Virus record (IMG/VR): IMGVR_UViG_2778261630_000006
Span: 1 to 39,415 of that record
Reading direction: 5' to 3' (one strand)
Source: a virus
Lineage: Duplodnaviria; Heunggongvirae; Uroviricota; Caudoviricetes
DNA: 39,415 nt
Positions 11,105 to 22,711 of the stretch are shown here, piece after piece. The position numbers and the translations under genes are program-made. The stretch's first letter is position 1. Every line of letters starts with the position of its first letter. Under the pieces are notes generated by a model. It had not been told where the DNA came from, did not search any database, and was given only the letters and a program-made list of their open reading frames with translations.

Positions 11105-12522
11105 TACTCAATCCTTATCTGAGCGCCAGACAGAGTGACAGGTGACTTCGTGATAATGCGCAATTTGAAGCCGACATTTTTCCTGATGCGCCCGACTCGC
11201 TTCCACAAAACGCGTTTGTCGTAAACGAACGGTTCATTCTGCTCAATCATCTGCTCACGACCGTAATTGATGCCGTCAGTGGTTGCAGAGAGGAACAGGC
11301 GGTCAGCGTACTGAGCGACACCCGTCGATGATTCAACTTCCAGATCGAAGCATCTGCCGTTATCCGCTTTGAACAACGGAGTAAACAACAGGTGTTCCTG
11401 TTGCTTGTCGTACTGGCTGCTGATATCGAACTGCAATTTGCCGATAACCGATTCCAGCTTATCTCCGCACGTTATCTGATTGCCTTCGTAAATGAAGTCG
11501 ATAGCGCGGTACACATCGTCATACAGGCCTGTTTTCAGCACACACCATTGCGGACCATTGGCGCTTGAAGATGCGTCGTACACGAGAACATGGCGCGGAA
11601 GGTGGATAATCAGCAACTCATGCGCATCAAACCGCAACGATTCCATCACGCCATCAGCCAGTTCATCAGCGGTATAGGAACGGAGGATTTTCTCAATGCT
11701 CGCGCTGGCGATTGGTGATACCTGACCGGAGCCGATGATGTATACAGACGGCGCACCTGTTGCCGGATTGCTGATGAACGCATAAGAATCAGCGAATGGC
11801 GTTTTGCAGTAAGTCCCGGCAATACCTTTCTGCACCATCAATGATGGCTGTGCGACATACAAAGCGGCACCAACGGTGGTTGCCCCCGTCAGGGAGAAAT
11901 ATTCAATCGTCGATGAACCAAAGCAGACGATGAAGTCTCGCCATGTTCCGATGCCGATGATGCCGTCAGGCTGAGACTCAGCACGATATTGTGCGCTGTA
12001 ACGGTCAGGATGAGATTCGTCTTCAAGGTCAGTGATAAACCATGAATCAGTACCGTCTTTTGACCACGCATAACGCCCACGTAAGCGCGTAATGTCACGA
12101 ACCGAACCTAACTCATACTGCGTGAATCCACTATCTGTAGGCCAGTTTGAGACGGTTTTAACCGTGCCATCATAACGATACTCTACCAGTTGCCCGTTAA
12201 CGCCTACCGCCTGTGATGTTCGACCATGCGCCATTGATACGCGACCACTTCCGGCAACATCACCGACCTCACTTTCGCCCTTATACAGTTTGCCACCACA
12301 CACGCGATAAACAGCATTCTGCGCCATGTTGTACTCGACGCCTCGCGATACGCCGTTCACATCAGAACGTTTGGCAATGCCCGGGAATGAGCGAAGATAT
12401 CCGCTGCTGTTCAGGATTTCTTTGGGTGTAGCCAACATATTCACTGGCAGATAGTCGATATAGTCGGCGTTTCGGAAGTCTTTGCCGACACCTTTCATAA
12501 GCGGAAGTTGCTGAATCGGCAT
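11104..12522 (-). CDS. gp10: Tail accessory protein, P22 gp10-like
   Basis: 472 aa; translation closely matches P22 gp10 as recalled. Confidence 0.9.
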   Translation of the reverse strand: MPIQQLPLMKGVGKDFRNADYIDYLPVNMLATPKEILNSSGYLRSFPGIAKRSDVNGVSRGVEYNMAQNAVYRVCGGKLYKGESEVGDVAGSGRVSMAHGRTSQAVGVNGQLVEYRYDGTVKTVSNWPTDSGFTQYELGSVRDITRLRGRYAWSKDGTDSWFITDLEDESHPDRYSAQYRAESQPDGIIGIGTWRDFIVCFGSSTIEYFSLTGATTVGAALYVAQPSLMVQKGIAGTYCKTPFADSYAFISNPATGAPSVYIIGSGQVSPIASASIEKILRSYTADELADGVMESLRFDAHELLIIHLPRHVLVYDASSSANGPQWCVLKTGLYDDVYRAIDFIYEGNQITCGDKLESVIGKLQFDISSQYDKQQEHLLFTPLFKADNGRCFDLEVESSTGVAQYADRLFLSATTDGINYGREQMIEQNEPFVYDKRVLWKRVGRIRKNVGFKLRIITKSPVTLSGAQIRIE

Positions 12523-13023
12523 TTATTCGCTCCCGTTATCGCAAGGTTCCTTTCGGTGGAAGTAATTCCAACCATTCCACTTCGCCAACTGGTTACCGCT
12601 ACCAACAGGCATACGGTTTGGATAACCGGACTTACATTTAGCGGCTTTTGCTCTGTCCATTGCAGACAGTTTGACGAGTCGCTCTTTCCCGTATCTGGCA
12701 GTGGTTATAAGTTTTGCTGACGCTTCCAGCGCATAATCCGGAGCAATGCGGCAGGCAAGGTTGAAAATGACAGCATTGATAGCGTTATTTGATAAACCGT
12801 GCTCATCTCCCGGATTTGGAGCGACATCTGCATCAGCGAAAATGTAGCCAACATTGATACCTGGTGACGCATCACCGCCAAGCCATTCCGCCATCATCAT
12901 TTCAAGGTCGTTGACACCATCTTCCATGGACTGAGGTTCGACATCGGTTAACGTGGCATTTGATGCCACACCGAGCTTACGTAATGCCGCAAGAACTAAA
13001 TCACCCTTCGTTGTCAGGTTCAT
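12523..13023 (-). CDS. gp4: Tail accessory protein, P22 gp4-like
   Basis: [29 protein letters not shown] matches gp4. Start placed at the internal Met matching the P22 N-terminus; the ORF extends to 13092. Confidence 0.8.
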   Translation of the reverse strand: MNLTTKGDLVLAALRKLGVASNATLTDVEPQSMEDGVNDLEMMMAEWLGGDASPGINVGYIFADADVAPNPGDEHGLSNNAINAVIFNLACRIAPDYALEASAKLITTARYGKERLVKLSAMDRAKAAKCKSGYPNRMPVGSGNQLAKWNGWNYFHRKEPCDNGSE

Positions 13024-13231
13024 CTGCTGCCGCCTTAGGTTTTCGACCAGGCTTTTTACGCTGTTTTTCTTCTGGCTCTGGCTCTGCAACATCCTTCAGA
13101 AGGTCATCCGGATGTGCAAACCAACCAGCATCCAGATATTCCTGAAGCTCTTCGGCTTTCACGATTTCAAAGTCGTAGCCAACGCCTTTCCACTTCTTCA
13201 TGTCGCCATGACGAAAGATCATGTGTGTCAT
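13001..13231 (-). CDS. Small hypothetical protein between coat and gp4
   Basis: GGAG ribosome-binding site then ATG at 13229-13231, just after the post-coat terminator. Acidic and lysine-rich C-terminus. Confidence 0.5.
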   Translation of the reverse strand: MTHMIFRHGDMKKWKGVGYDFEIVKAEELQEYLDAGWFAHPDDLLKDVAEPEPEEKQRKKPGRKPKAAADEPDNEG

Positions 13232-13245
13232 GCTTGTCTCCAGAT

Positions 13246-13267
13246 AAAAAAGGGAGCCGAAGCTCCC
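13246..13267 (-). terminator. Rho-independent terminator immediately after the coat gene
   Basis: GGGAGC-TTCG-GCTCCC hairpin followed by a T-run on the minus-strand transcript. Confidence 0.7.
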
Positions 13268-13275
13268 TCTGGTTA

Positions 13276-14571
13276 TCACGCGGTCTGGTTAGGCAGACCA
13301 ACACCAATTGCCTCTGGTCGTACAGCACATGCTGAATACCACACAGCAATACGGCACTTACCAGACAGAGTGTTGATATCACCCTGCGTTGCGAAGATGC
13401 CGTTAACACCAATACCAGGAATGCTGAAGGAAGACGTTTTCATACCAGCAAACAGTTCATGGGTTACCGGGATCGGCTGAGACAGCAGGCGGATTGAGTC
13501 ATCAGCCCAGAACACGTTAGCGGTGGTTGTTGCCACGTTCAGAACGTTCACCGGAGTGTTATCAGCAAGAGAGGTGTTTACATTAGCGTAAGCCTTCTCT
13601 TCTTTTGTCAGTGACGCGTCATCCAGTGCAATCGGCTTCGGCGTGATTTCGATGTGAGTACTATCGATCACACGGGTGATTGAGAAAGTCGCATCATCAG
13701 TCAGCACGTTCTTCGCCATCTGAGACAGGAATTTCACACCAGTGAAGCTGATTTTGTCGCCGCGCTTAAATCCGGCGGTGGAGGATACGGTCACCGTTGC
13801 AACACGATTGTCGACGTTCTCTTTGTTACCATCGGTATCAAGGGTGTATGCCTGCGGCTTAAACTTCTGCGCACCAGAAACAGTTACACCAGTAGCGGTT
13901 GATTTGGTAACTGCCGGAAGTTTCGGTGAGCGAAGAATTTCATCAAAGCCAGCAATCTGACGCTGAATAGTACCGTTGCGATACGCTTCTTCAGGAACTC
14001 GCCCGAAGATGTCGCCATCTACCAAGTTGCGGCCTGCTTTGCGGTAATCGTCAGGGTTCAGGAAGTAACTGATGCCCATGTCGCGGTTGAGTTCGCGGGA
14101 GAACATCAGGCGCTCTGCATCAGACACAAAATCCCAGCCAGACAGGCCTGTAGATGGACCAATTGCGCGGGTATCGTGAACAACAAGCGAACCCATTTCA
14201 GTTGCCTGTTTGGCAATCGCTGACTCAATGTTATTCGCCAGTTTTTTGGCGGATGCCTGGATGCGGCGACGGTAAGAACGCTCATCACGCAGGTCATCTG
14301 CACGAAGCTCGAAGAAATCGTTATCCGGATCGCCCATGTTGCATTTCACGGAGAGTTCCAGAATCCCTGTTGCGTTGCCAGTTAAATCCCAGCCAGTCTG
14401 GGTTGGCGCTTCCTGCTCAACAGGCATCCACACGGTATTGCTTGAACGCTGCATGGATTTTGCCGGAGGGGTGTATTTTGTCACTTTGGACGCCATTGGC
14501 GTCAGGTTCTGGACGGTTTCGATGATTTCATCCAGAGCATACGTGACCAGTTGACCTTCATTTAATGCCAT
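13276..14571 (-). CDS. gp5: Major coat protein, P22 gp5-like
   Basis: 431 aa; near colinear with P22 coat protein as recalled. Confidence 0.95.
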   Translation of the reverse strand: MALNEGQLVTYALDEIIETVQNLTPMASKVTKYTPPAKSMQRSSNTVWMPVEQEAPTQTGWDLTGNATGILELSVKCNMGDPDNDFFELRADDLRDERSYRRRIQASAKKLANNIESAIAKQATEMGSLVVHDTRAIGPSTGLSGWDFVSDAERLMFSRELNRDMGISYFLNPDDYRKAGRNLVDGDIFGRVPEEAYRNGTIQRQIAGFDEILRSPKLPAVTKSTATGVTVSGAQKFKPQAYTLDTDGNKENVDNRVATVTVSSTAGFKRGDKISFTGVKFLSQMAKNVLTDDATFSITRVIDSTHIEITPKPIALDDASLTKEEKAYANVNTSLADNTPVNVLNVATTTANVFWADDSIRLLSQPIPVTHELFAGMKTSSFSIPGIGVNGIFATQGDINTLSGKCRIAVWYSACAVRPEAIGVGLPNQTA

Positions 14572-15482
14572 TATCGAATTCCTTTATTCAGTTGCGCCTT
14601 AAGCTTGCGGTACGTCTCTACATCCCCTTTGTTTGCTGCCGCTTCCATCTGCTTTTCAATCGCAGAGATATTTGCAGCAACAGCGTGTCCCTGAATTGGT
14701 TCATCAGGTAACGGGGCTTCTGAAACAGGCTTGGCTCGAGGCTTGAGAGTTAAACGTTCTGACAGTCGAGTGAGTTCAATCAGCGCGGATTGCCCGTCCA
14801 TCGCCAGCAACTGGCGTGTTTTCTCAGGATTAGCACCAAGGTGATACATGAGAGCGGCGGATTTCTCCGGGAAGAGGCGCATGATGTCGGCACCGACTGC
14901 TGGCGGCACCAGTTGCATGAATGCATCCTCTTTCTCCTGATAGTCAGGGATATTGAGCTTTTCCGCTGCGTCGTAGTGCTTACGGGCTGCCTCGACGTAT
15001 TGCGCTGATTGCTGGGTGAACTCCTGAGTTTTGCGCCCCTGCTCGGCGACAGCCTGGCTTCGTGCGTCCATAGCCTTGATCTGCCATTCACTGTTTGCCT
15101 GCTGGAAGGCAGCCAGTGCGCGGCTCTGGTCATAGTCGTACTTAGCCAGTGCATCTTCGGAAAGATAATCGTTAGGGTCTGGTTGTTTTGGTAACTCAGG
15201 GTTCACCCGCAGGTGTTCCGGCAATTCTCCACGCTTAACCGCTTCCATCTGCTGCTCAAGCTCACGCTGGCGTTTGCGTTCGATGCGGCGACGGGCAAAT
15301 TCAGCATTAGTTGCCGGGTCTTGTTTTGGTTTCTCATCGTCTTTCAGGACAATCTCGAAGCCTTCTTCCTGACCTGCGTTGTCGTTGGCATTATCGACAA
15401 CTAAGCCATCAGCAGATGCCGCTGCATGATTGCCGGGCAGGGTTAATTCTTCAGAAGCCTGAATGTCGGTGGTTTGGTCCAT
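14571..15482 (-). CDS. gp8: Scaffolding protein, P22 gp8-like
   Basis: 303 aa, acidic and helical, between portal and coat. Confidence 0.9.
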   Translation of the reverse strand: MDQTTDIQASEELTLPGNHAAASADGLVVDNANDNAGQEEGFEIVLKDDEKPKQDPATNAEFARRRIERKRQRELEQQMEAVKRGELPEHLRVNPELPKQPDPNDYLSEDALAKYDYDQSRALAAFQQANSEWQIKAMDARSQAVAEQGRKTQEFTQQSAQYVEAARKHYDAAEKLNIPDYQEKEDAFMQLVPPAVGADIMRLFPEKSAALMYHLGANPEKTRQLLAMDGQSALIELTRLSERLTLKPRAKPVSEAPLPDEPIQGHAVAANISAIEKQMEAAANKGDVETYRKLKAQLNKGIR

Positions 15483-15495
15483 GATTAACTCTCTC

Positions 15496-17661
15496 TTATT
15501 GAGGTGTCTCGGCTACTCCGCCGGAGGGGATTTGAACTTGACGCATAAGATTAGCGAAATCCATGCGTTGTGAATGAGTCTGGTCTGCATCTTTAAGAAG
15601 CAGCTCAGCGTTAGCACGAGCATCTTTGCTGCGCTGTTGCTGGAATTGACCTACGAGCTTGAGGTACTCACGCAGTTCTGCCTGCTTGTCGAGGTCCATA
15701 TTGTTGAAGATTTCTGCAATCTTCGCGGCGTTGAGTTGGTTTTGGGCTTCAACCTTGGCGGCTTCAACCTGAATCTGCGCCTGTTGGTTCTCTGCCTTGA
15801 GCAATTCAGCCTGACCTTGCAGAAGGATACCCTGCGCCTGAATTTGCTCTGCTGATGGCTGCTGCGGCTGTTGTTGTGCCTGCTGTACCATCTCCATCTC
15901 TTCAGGTGTTTCTGGTTTCTTCAGCCCCATCATCACCAGTTGCTTGTTCGCGTACTCTCGCATCATCTCGACGCCTTTACCGTCAAGCAGCGTGAAGTAT
16001 TGCAGCATCAGCATCTGGAACTCTGGAGTACCTTGCGGAACCTTGGTTAGTAACTCCTGAATCTCTGCGCGGTTCTGTTCCTTCATGCTCTGGAAGGATG
16101 GCCCAACGTCCGTATAGCACTCATAGCGACCACGAATGTCGTTGAGTGTGACCACATTGCCGGACTGGTAATCGACAACTTGCGCATAGAGTTGAACGTC
16201 TTTCTCGCTTCCATCTTCAAGTGTCAGCGTTACATGACGAGGAACGTCATAAATATCGTTGACCATTGAGGCATAAATCTCGCCATCACGTCGCATTGCG
16301 GTAGCCAGGTTATCCTGGAACACGTATGTCTCAAGGTCTGCCCGCATGTTCAGTTGATTGACGGTATCGAAAGCGACCTGACCATTTGCCGCCTGCGCAT
16401 CCACACCAAGACTAGCCACCTCTTTCACTGCGTTGGTGGCAGCCTCAAGCATGTAAGCGTTGGCTTGCGGCACTTCAGGGTTTTCCATGTAGGAGATTGG
16501 ACCAATCGGCAGGTCGTTACCGTTTTCATCGGTCTTGTTCTGCAGATAGTACGGATAGTCATCATTTCCACCGTACATGTATTCGTAGCCTTCGATTTGC
16601 TCAGGGAAGAAGGTCGGTTTCTTCTTCGGTGAACGAGCAACAATATCGGCGTTGAATGACATGATCATGTTACGAAGGCGCTGACCGTCTTTCGTCAGCC
16701 TTACCACTCCTTCGTAGCACTCCTTGTCACCAGCGAATGACCATTCGCCATACACTGGAACGATTGGAATATGCTCTCCGGCTATCTTCTCGCGGTCTTT
16801 CAGTATCTGCGTGCAGGTGATGATCGACTTATACACACGCCGACGCTTCACCTTGCGCTCTGCTACCTTAATGAATCCACGATTAGCCAGGTCGTCGATG
16901 ACGTCTTTGATATCCTGCTGGTAATAGCTGACCGGCTCACCTGTCAGCGGGTCGCGGTAGATGAAGACCTTCTCTTTCTTCTCTTCGACCTCGTAATACT
17001 CAGCGACGTAGACGACATCATTCGATACCCAAGGGAACAGCCATGTATCGTTCGGATTCTGGAAAGATGGCAAGGTATCCGGATCAATACCGTAATCCTC
17101 TGCGAACTCTTTCCAGCCATTGCGTGACAAAGCGTTAATCACCGTGCAGTGCTTAGCGTCGCTCTTATCCATCTGCTTGCTATTGGCGTCCCATATGACG
17201 TGTGAGCAGGCTTCATGGATTGGAAGGCGTCGGATTACCTGATTGTTGCTTGTTGGATCGTTGTCTTCGTACTGCGTGACCAGACGCCATGCACCAACGC
17301 CGGACTCTATCTGCTCACGAACGCCAACGTTAACGGCAATCTTTGCCGTGTTATGGCGCATATCAGTACGATACATCCCCATCAACACATCGGCAGCATC
17401 AGGATTAGCGCCGTCTTTGGGTCGGAAGAGAACGTCGATAGGGTTCCGGCGCATCTCTGCGACCAGTTTCCTGACCACCGGGCGAACAACATCGAATTGT
17501 CCGCGATATTGCAGAGTCGTGTAGTTTGATAGCCAGTCATCCCATTGCGACACTCGGCTAAAATACAGGTCATTTGTCGCCTCGGTTCTGGCTTCATCGC
17601 TCGCCATCCAGTCTGCGTCAAACTTACACAGAATGGAATTGAGTCTGTTTTCGTCGGCCAT
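15496..17661 (-). CDS. gp1: Portal protein, P22 gp1-like
   Basis: 721 aa with long Gln-rich C-terminal helix, as in P22 portal. Confidence 0.95.
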   Translation of the reverse strand: MADENRLNSILCKFDADWMASDEARTEATNDLYFSRVSQWDDWLSNYTTLQYRGQFDVVRPVVRKLVAEMRRNPIDVLFRPKDGANPDAADVLMGMYRTDMRHNTAKIAVNVGVREQIESGVGAWRLVTQYEDNDPTSNNQVIRRLPIHEACSHVIWDANSKQMDKSDAKHCTVINALSRNGWKEFAEDYGIDPDTLPSFQNPNDTWLFPWVSNDVVYVAEYYEVEEKKEKVFIYRDPLTGEPVSYYQQDIKDVIDDLANRGFIKVAERKVKRRRVYKSIITCTQILKDREKIAGEHIPIVPVYGEWSFAGDKECYEGVVRLTKDGQRLRNMIMSFNADIVARSPKKKPTFFPEQIEGYEYMYGGNDDYPYYLQNKTDENGNDLPIGPISYMENPEVPQANAYMLEAATNAVKEVASLGVDAQAANGQVAFDTVNQLNMRADLETYVFQDNLATAMRRDGEIYASMVNDIYDVPRHVTLTLEDGSEKDVQLYAQVVDYQSGNVVTLNDIRGRYECYTDVGPSFQSMKEQNRAEIQELLTKVPQGTPEFQMLMLQYFTLLDGKGVEMMREYANKQLVMMGLKKPETPEEMEMVQQAQQQPQQPSAEQIQAQGILLQGQAELLKAENQQAQIQVEAAKVEAQNQLNAAKIAEIFNNMDLDKQAELREYLKLVGQFQQQRSKDARANAELLLKDADQTHSQRMDFANLMRQVQIPSGGVAETPQ

Positions 17662-19161
17662 TTAAGTTCTCCGTGCGATGGGCCTGATTGGGGCTGGTAT
17701 CTTTTTCTCTTTTGGTTTTTTGATGTCGCGCATCATTTTTGCGAAGCGGCGCATCATGTATGCATAGCGAACGGCGGATAGCACGTCGTCGTTAAGCTTG
17801 ACGATTTTCCCGTTTTCATCACGGTGATAGAGGCGGAACTCCTCAAAGAATGGCTCACAGGTGTTGAATACTTTGAAGCGACCGTCGAGCATCATGTCTC
17901 GCAATTCAGTGATGCCAGGCTCAACAGCATTACCGCCATCAGGCCATGTCGCATGCTCCTGCAACATCATAAAACCAGCGTCCGCGTACTGCCCTTTAAG
18001 CTGCTCACCGCCGCCCTTCTCATGCTGGTTTCCGTCATGAGGCCATGCGGTTGGCACTTTATGCGCCCATGATTTAACAGCTCCCCACGCCTGAACGGCT
18101 GTCTTTTCTTTCGCCTTCCACACGCGTGAAACGTAGATTGTGTCTGCGTCCTTATCCCACCAAAGCTGAACCTGCGCCTGAGGGTGATCCCATCCGAAAT
18201 CCATCCCACCAATTACGTAGAAGTGATCAGGACACTCGAACGGCTGACACTTAATCGTCTCTTCCGGTATCTGGAAGATTCGACCGCTACCCATCGTAGG
18301 AATACCGCGAGCACGCGCCTCTCTCTCATGCTCTGGATAGGATGCGATGATTTGCTCTTTCTGCTCGTCGGTATAGTGCTCAGCGTCATAGATGGTCATG
18401 TTGACCACTTTCTGCGACTTGCTGGGGTTCTTCAGGAACTTGGTAACAACGTCAGACATCCCCATCAGCGGGGTAAACGTCAGAATTGAGAATTGCCCGT
18501 ATTTGTTGGTACGGGTAAGCCCTTCGCCATAAATGCTGTATGGTGGTTCTTCGTCAAACCACACGCCGTGGATTGTGTCACCCTGCCAGCGAGCACGGCC
18601 TTGCGAGTATGGTTTGAAGTAGCAGATTGAAATGCCATCTTCAACGCCATCAGCCGTGTGATGCTTAACCAGAAGATGATCAACAAGGTTCGGAAAGAAA
18701 GGAGACTTCTTCCAGCTAATGATGTCTTCTTTCGGTATGGAACCGTAGCCAGGTTCACCATTCTCTTCGATACGACCGCACAGGATGCGTTGAGTCGTTT
18801 TGGTTACAGTCTCGTTTGTCTCTCCACCAATCCAGAAGACAACAGGCTCATAGAAACGCTTACCTTTCCACTCACCGCCATATTTACCATCAGCAGGATA
18901 GCCTTTTGTGCCCGGATAACGCCCGGTAAGGTGAAACGCGACTTCAGCAGCACCAGTAAATGACTTACCAAGCTGGTTACCAGCCATAAAACATCGCTCT
19001 GGATAGTCATGCCCGGCGTCGATGAACTCACGCTGTTTGCTGTATGGCGTAAATTCATATAGCAGGTGTGTGTTACGGTAGTTCTCTTCTTCTTCGAGTA
19101 GCTCGAGCAATTCGATTTGCTCTTCGTCGCTCAGGTTATCAAGAATCGCGTCCAGTTCCAC
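17662..19161 (-). CDS. gp2: Terminase large subunit, P22 gp2-like
   Basis: 499 aa; N-terminus [37 protein letters not shown] matches P22 gp2. Confidence 0.95.
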   Translation of the reverse strand: MELDAILDNLSDEEQIELLELLEEEENYRNTHLLYEFTPYSKQREFIDAGHDYPERCFMAGNQLGKSFTGAAEVAFHLTGRYPGTKGYPADGKYGGEWKGKRFYEPVVFWIGGETNETVTKTTQRILCGRIEENGEPGYGSIPKEDIISWKKSPFFPNLVDHLLVKHHTADGVEDGISICYFKPYSQGRARWQGDTIHGVWFDEEPPYSIYGEGLTRTNKYGQFSILTFTPLMGMSDVVTKFLKNPSKSQKVVNMTIYDAEHYTDEQKEQIIASYPEHEREARARGIPTMGSGRIFQIPEETIKCQPFECPDHFYVIGGMDFGWDHPQAQVQLWWDKDADTIYVSRVWKAKEKTAVQAWGAVKSWAHKVPTAWPHDGNQHEKGGGEQLKGQYADAGFMMLQEHATWPDGGNAVEPGITELRDMMLDGRFKVFNTCEPFFEEFRLYHRDENGKIVKLNDDVLSAVRYAYMMRRFAKMMRDIKKPKEKKIPAPIRPIARRT

Positions 19162-19627
19162 GGTTGAATAGCTCCTTGATACGAGAGCGTCGCTTATCGC
19201 GATCTCCCTTATCAGGTGTCACGTCTTCAACTTGCGACTGCTCTTTGAGGCCCAAATCACGGGCGATGATGTTAGCGTTGAGAAGGTCAGCAGCAGCGCC
19301 AGAGAATTTCTGGTCGTAGATGACCTGTTCTGCTCGCGTAACGACTTCAGATAAATCTTCTCGCAGGCGATATGTGCGCCATGTTTCAAGCGTCACATCA
19401 ATGAACAGAGTGAGTCCGGTAATGGTCATCGCTCGCATCTTGGCGATAGGCTCTTGTATCACTTCACCCTGATACGAGAACGCCTTCATCTCCCATAGCG
19501 GGTTAGCTTCCACCCACTCGAAGTATTCACAACAAGCAGCCCACAGCGCCTCAGGCGATTCGAATTTAGGGTTTCGCCCATGACTACTGCGGGCCTCCCA
19601 AAATCGGTTGCCCTTTGGTGCTGCCAT
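19139..19627 (-). CDS. gp3: Terminase small subunit, P22 gp3-like
   Basis: [46 protein letters not shown] matches P22 gp3. Start at the third codon of the listed ORF. Confidence 0.9.
   Translation of the reverse strand: MAAPKGNRFWEARSSHGRNPKFESPEALWAACCEYFEWVEANPLWEMKAFSYQGEVIQEPIAKMRAMTITGLTLFIDVTLETWRTYRLREDLSEVVTRAEQVIYDQKFSGAAADLLNANIIARDLGLKEQSQVEDVTPDKGDRDKRRSRIKELFNRGTGRDS
19334..19359 (-). other. Candidate pac site inside the small terminase gene
   Basis: Minus-strand GAAGATTTATCTGAAGTCGTTACGCG resembles the P22 pac sequence as recalled. Confidence 0.5.
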
Positions 19628-19650
19628 ATTCATCTCACTTAGTTGTTATT

Positions 19651-20049
19651 TCAGGCTGATGACTCTTTCGCGCTTTCAATCAGTGACTGCTTCAGCAAGT
19701 AACCTTCGAGCATCCAGATTTTGTTTACAGCATTCTGCCGGGCAATCTTCCGACCAATTTCTGCATCAAAGTTTTCCGGGCTTGCACAGGCACTCTCTCC
19801 GGTGACGGTGAAGCCATTCTTCAGCACCAGTACGCAGAAAGTGAGCAACTTCAATGGTGATAAATCACGATCGCCTTCTTCTGGTTTTTCCCTGCCACAA
19901 TATTCGTTGCTGGAAATGGCACCATTACGTCCATCATAAGCAGTAAAGTAATGCTCGCTTTTAATCACGTCTTCGATGTGCTGAGGAGTGATTCGCGGGG
20001 CTGTTTTGCCTTTCTCAACGATTTCTTTTTCGATTTGCTGGTCGCTCAT
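19651..20049 (-). CDS. Hypothetical protein between lysis and packaging modules
   Basis: 132-codon ORF with preceding ribosome-binding site; no family recognised. Confidence 0.6.
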   Translation of the reverse strand: MSDQQIEKEIVEKGKTAPRITPQHIEDVIKSEHYFTAYDGRNGAISSNEYCGREKPEEGDRDLSPLKLLTFCVLVLKNGFTVTGESACASPENFDAEIGRKIARQNAVNKIWMLEGYLLKQSLIESAKESSA

Positions 20050-20337
20050 AATTATGACCCTGTAGAGTGGTTGCTTGATTAGGATGTCTTTCCATCAGTC
20101 CGCCACCACAAAGAATCTTTTTTGCCATAAGGCAGGAGGTTCATCTTTCAGTGGCTGCCGGTGTTATTTCCCCACTTACTGGCTTGGGTTGCTTCGTGGT
20201 ACTGCCGTAACTGGTTGCCAAGAATAAATTCCGGTTTCATTATCAAGCCCACCCGTAGATGGGCTTTGTAATGGATAGCCGTTGCTCAGTTCTCGTAATG
20301 CTTTGATTTTTCCGATAACGCAGTTTTGCGTTTGCCA

Positions 20338-20859
20338 TCAGCACGCGATATCGAGAGTCAACTGCAGTTGCTCGCGCCAGTACTCAACATTTGCTTCAAT
20401 AACCGGCTTATCCCATCGCCAGCGAGCCATCTCTCTTGCCCCATTGCTGGCTTTTGATTTCCGGTCATCGCGAATGCGACATGCTTGCTCATATTTCTGC
20501 TGCTCAGTCAGTTCACCGCGAAGCAGACTATCAATGTGCAGGTCGCACCACACAGCAAAACGAGCATCACACCAACGGGCAAATGCAACTGAAAGTTTTG
20601 GATGTAGCCACGTACCACCACCCCTGTCCTTTCGTGCCTTGCTGGTTTTTACATACCTCGATTGTGAGGGATGTAAAATTTGAGATTCTTTCCCGGTCAA
20701 CGCTTCGTCTAAAGCACGAACGTATTCAAGCGTTTCTGCCAAACGCATCCAGTTATCAATGCGTTTCCCAAATCTCTCAGCAACACCTGTGACGTTGATC
20801 CAACCATCAGTGTTGAAACTGACAATTTCACCTTTGTAATTAAGTGGCACGATATTCAT
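20338..20859 (-). CDS. KilA-N domain protein
   Basis: YVKTSKARKDRGGGTWLHPKLSVAFARWCD is a typical KilA-N (APSES-like) DNA-binding segment. Confidence 0.7.
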   Translation of the reverse strand: MNIVPLNYKGEIVSFNTDGWINVTGVAERFGKRIDNWMRLAETLEYVRALDEALTGKESQILHPSQSRYVKTSKARKDRGGGTWLHPKLSVAFARWCDARFAVWCDLHIDSLLRGELTEQQKYEQACRIRDDRKSKASNGAREMARWRWDKPVIEANVEYWREQLQLTLDIAC

Positions 20860-20975
20860 AACGTTTACCTACCATTTGAAATGAACCTTTGCCGCATAGG
20901 AAACCAGCCCACCGAGGCTCGCCAGCACTAACTGGTATCCTCAAAGGCCCATTCCAAAGGGGCAGGTTCGGTGTA

Positions 20976-21000
20976 AAAAACATGCGTTGCGGTACGCATT
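20976..21000 (-). terminator. Candidate rho-independent terminator downstream of Rz
   Basis: ATGCGT-loop-ACGCAT hairpin followed by a six-T run on the minus strand. Confidence 0.45.
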
Positions 21001-21005
21001 TATTG

Positions 21006-21030
21006 CAAAAAGCCCCGCATCGCGAGGCTC
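21006..21030 (-). terminator. Second candidate terminator, tandem with the previous
   Basis: GCCUCGC-GAU-GCGGGGC hairpin (one G-U pair) followed by UUUUU on the minus strand. Confidence 0.45.
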
Positions 21031-21060
21031 ATTAAATTGACTTTGTGATTTGCAAAAAAA

Positions 21061-21498
21061 TTATTTCAGGCATTGCGTCCTGATGTATTCCTGCAGGTAG
21101 TTAACCTGCGCGGTTATCTTGTCGATTCCACTTCGGAGACGGTAATAATTGAGTTCAGCATCTGCTGTAAGTCTTGGGCTTTCTCCATCGCCCATGCCGC
21201 TGGCTCCGGTCTTTGACTTTGCACAGGAGGCGGCGACTTGCAGCCGCTTACGCCCAGCAGAAACATCATCACGGAGACTTTCGATAGTCGCGTTAGCATC
21301 AGCAAGCTCCTTTGTATATCTGGCATCGAGTTCTGCTACATCACGTTGACGCTTCTGCATATCAGCGATGATGGATGTGGCTTTATCGCGCTGGTCTTTG
21401 TAGGCGATGGCGTTATCACGGTAATGATTAACAGCCCATGACAGGCAGACGATGATGCAGATAACCAGAGCGGAGATAATCGCGGTGACTCTGCTCAT
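21061..21498 (-). CDS. Rz: Spanin inner-membrane subunit Rz
   Basis: [31 protein letters not shown]... matches lambda Rz. Confidence 0.9.
   Translation of the reverse strand: MSRVTAIISALVICIIVCLSWAVNHYRDNAIAYKDQRDKATSIIADMQKRQRDVAELDARYTKELADANATIESLRDDVSAGRKRLQVAASCAKSKTGASGMGDGESPRLTADAELNYYRLRSGIDKITAQVNYLQEYIRTQCLK
21114..21299 (-). CDS. Rz1: Spanin outer-membrane lipoprotein Rz1, embedded in Rz in another frame
   Basis: Embedded ORF with signal-like segment and lipobox (LLGVSGC) followed by a Pro-rich stretch. Start ambiguous (21299 or 21269). Confidence 0.65.
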   Translation of the reverse strand: MLTRLSKVSVMMFLLGVSGCKSPPPVQSQRPEPAAWAMEKAQDLQQMLNSIITVSEVESTR

Positions 21499-21971
21499 AC
21501 CTCAATCTCTCTGACCGTTCCGCCCGCTTCTTTGAATTTTGCAATCAGGCTGTCAGCCTTATGCTCGAACTGACCATAACCAGCGCCCGGCAGTGAAGCC
21601 CAGATATTGCTGCAACGGTCGATTGCCTGACGGATATCACCGCGATCAATCATCGGTAAAGCGCCACGCTCTTTAATCTGCTGCAGAGCTACAGCGTCCT
21701 GGCTTTCTGGAGAAAAATCTTTCAGGCCAAGCTGTTTACGGTAAGCATCCCACCAGCGTAAAAGAAGCTGGTAACGTCCGGCGGCTGTTGATTTGAGTTT
21801 GGGGTTTAGCGTGACAAGTTTGCGAGGGTGATCGGAGTAATCAGTGAATAGCTCTCCGCCAACAATGACGTCATAACCATGATTTCTGGTTTTCTGTCGT
21901 CCGTTATCAGTTCCCTCTGACCACGCCAGCATATCGAGGAACGCCTTACGTTGATTATTGATTTCCACCAT
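21495..21971 (-). CDS. R: Endolysin R (lytic transglycosylase)
   Basis: Translation nearly identical to lambda R as recalled. Confidence 0.95.
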   Translation of the reverse strand: MVEINNQRKAFLDMLAWSEGTDNGRQKTRNHGYDVIVGGELFTDYSDHPRKLVTLNPKLKSTAAGRYQLLLRWWDAYRKQLGLKDFSPESQDAVALQQIKERGALPMIDRGDIRQAIDRCSNIWASLPGAGYGQFEHKADSLIAKFKEAGGTVREIEV

Positions 21972-22278
21972 CTTCTACTCCGGCTTTTTTAGCAGCGAAG
22001 CGTTTGATAAGCGAACCAATCGAGTCAGTACCGATGTAGCCGATGAACACGCTCGTTATATAAGCGAGATTGCTACTTAGTCCGGCGAAGTCGAGAAGGT
22101 CACGAATGAACCAGGCGATAATGGCGCACATCGTTGCGTCGATTACTGTTTTTGTAAACGCACCGCCATTATATCTGCCGCGAAGGTACGCCATTGCAAA
22201 CGCAAGGATTGCCCCGATGCCTTGTTCCTTTGCCGCGAGAATGGCGGCTAACAGGTCATGTTTTTCTGGCATCTTCAT
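21955..22278 (-). CDS. S: Holin S (class I, dual-start MKM)
   Basis: Translation matches lambda S107/S105, including the Met-Lys-Met dual start. Confidence 0.95.
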   Translation of the reverse strand: MKMPEKHDLLAAILAAKEQGIGAILAFAMAYLRGRYNGGAFTKTVIDATMCAIIAWFIRDLLDFAGLSSNLAYITSVFIGYIGTDSIGSLIKRFAAKKAGVEDGGNQ

Positions 22279-22575
22279 GTCTTACCCCCAATAAGGGGAT
22301 TTGCTCTATTTAATTAGGAATAAGGTCGATTACTGATAGAACAAATCCAGGCTACTGTGTTTAGTAATCAGATTTGTTCGTGACCGATATGCACGGGCAA
22401 AACGGCAGGAGGTTGTTAGCGCAACCTCATGCCACCCGCTTTCACGAAGCCAGCCATTGCGCTGGTTTTCTTTTATGCAAAGCACACCGCACCGTAGCCA
22501 CAGCGGATAAGGTGATTATTTTGGTCTGTCTGGTATTTGGTTTGATGTGCTTTCAGAAAGGCCGTGCTTAAAACG

Positions 22576-22604
22576 CAAAAAGCCCCGAGCTATTAACTCA
22601 GGGC
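22576..22604 (-). terminator. Late-operon terminator tR' (Q antitermination target)
   Basis: GCCCUGAG-loop-CUCGGGGC hairpin followed by UUUUU on the minus-strand transcript, about 30 bp downstream of the putative pR' -10. Confidence 0.65.
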
Positions 22605-22640
22605 TTTATTTAACGAGTGCATTTATCCATCGTTGAGTCA

Positions 22641-22669
22641 AATTTACCCAACTTTATTCAAAAAGTCAA
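22641..22669 (-). promoter_or_regulatory. Late promoter pR' with Q-binding region
   Basis: Minus-strand TTGACT, 17-bp spacer, TAAATT, immediately downstream of Q, as in lambda. Confidence 0.55.
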
Positions 22670-22711
22670 TATTATGCCGTAAAGATGTTGCCATCCGTGG
22701 CAATCATGCCG

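Noticed and set aside
20050-20337. Possible small genes in the 288-bp gap between the 132-aa gene and the KilA-N gene
   Set aside because: Only ORFs of about 30 codons without convincing ribosome-binding sites; the hairpin at about 20265-20285 has no clear T-run.
22279-22711. Possible tRNA genes between Q and S, as found in some lambdoid (Stx) phages
   Set aside because: The interval is short and is accounted for by the pR'/tR' leader; I see no cloverleaf-like structure.
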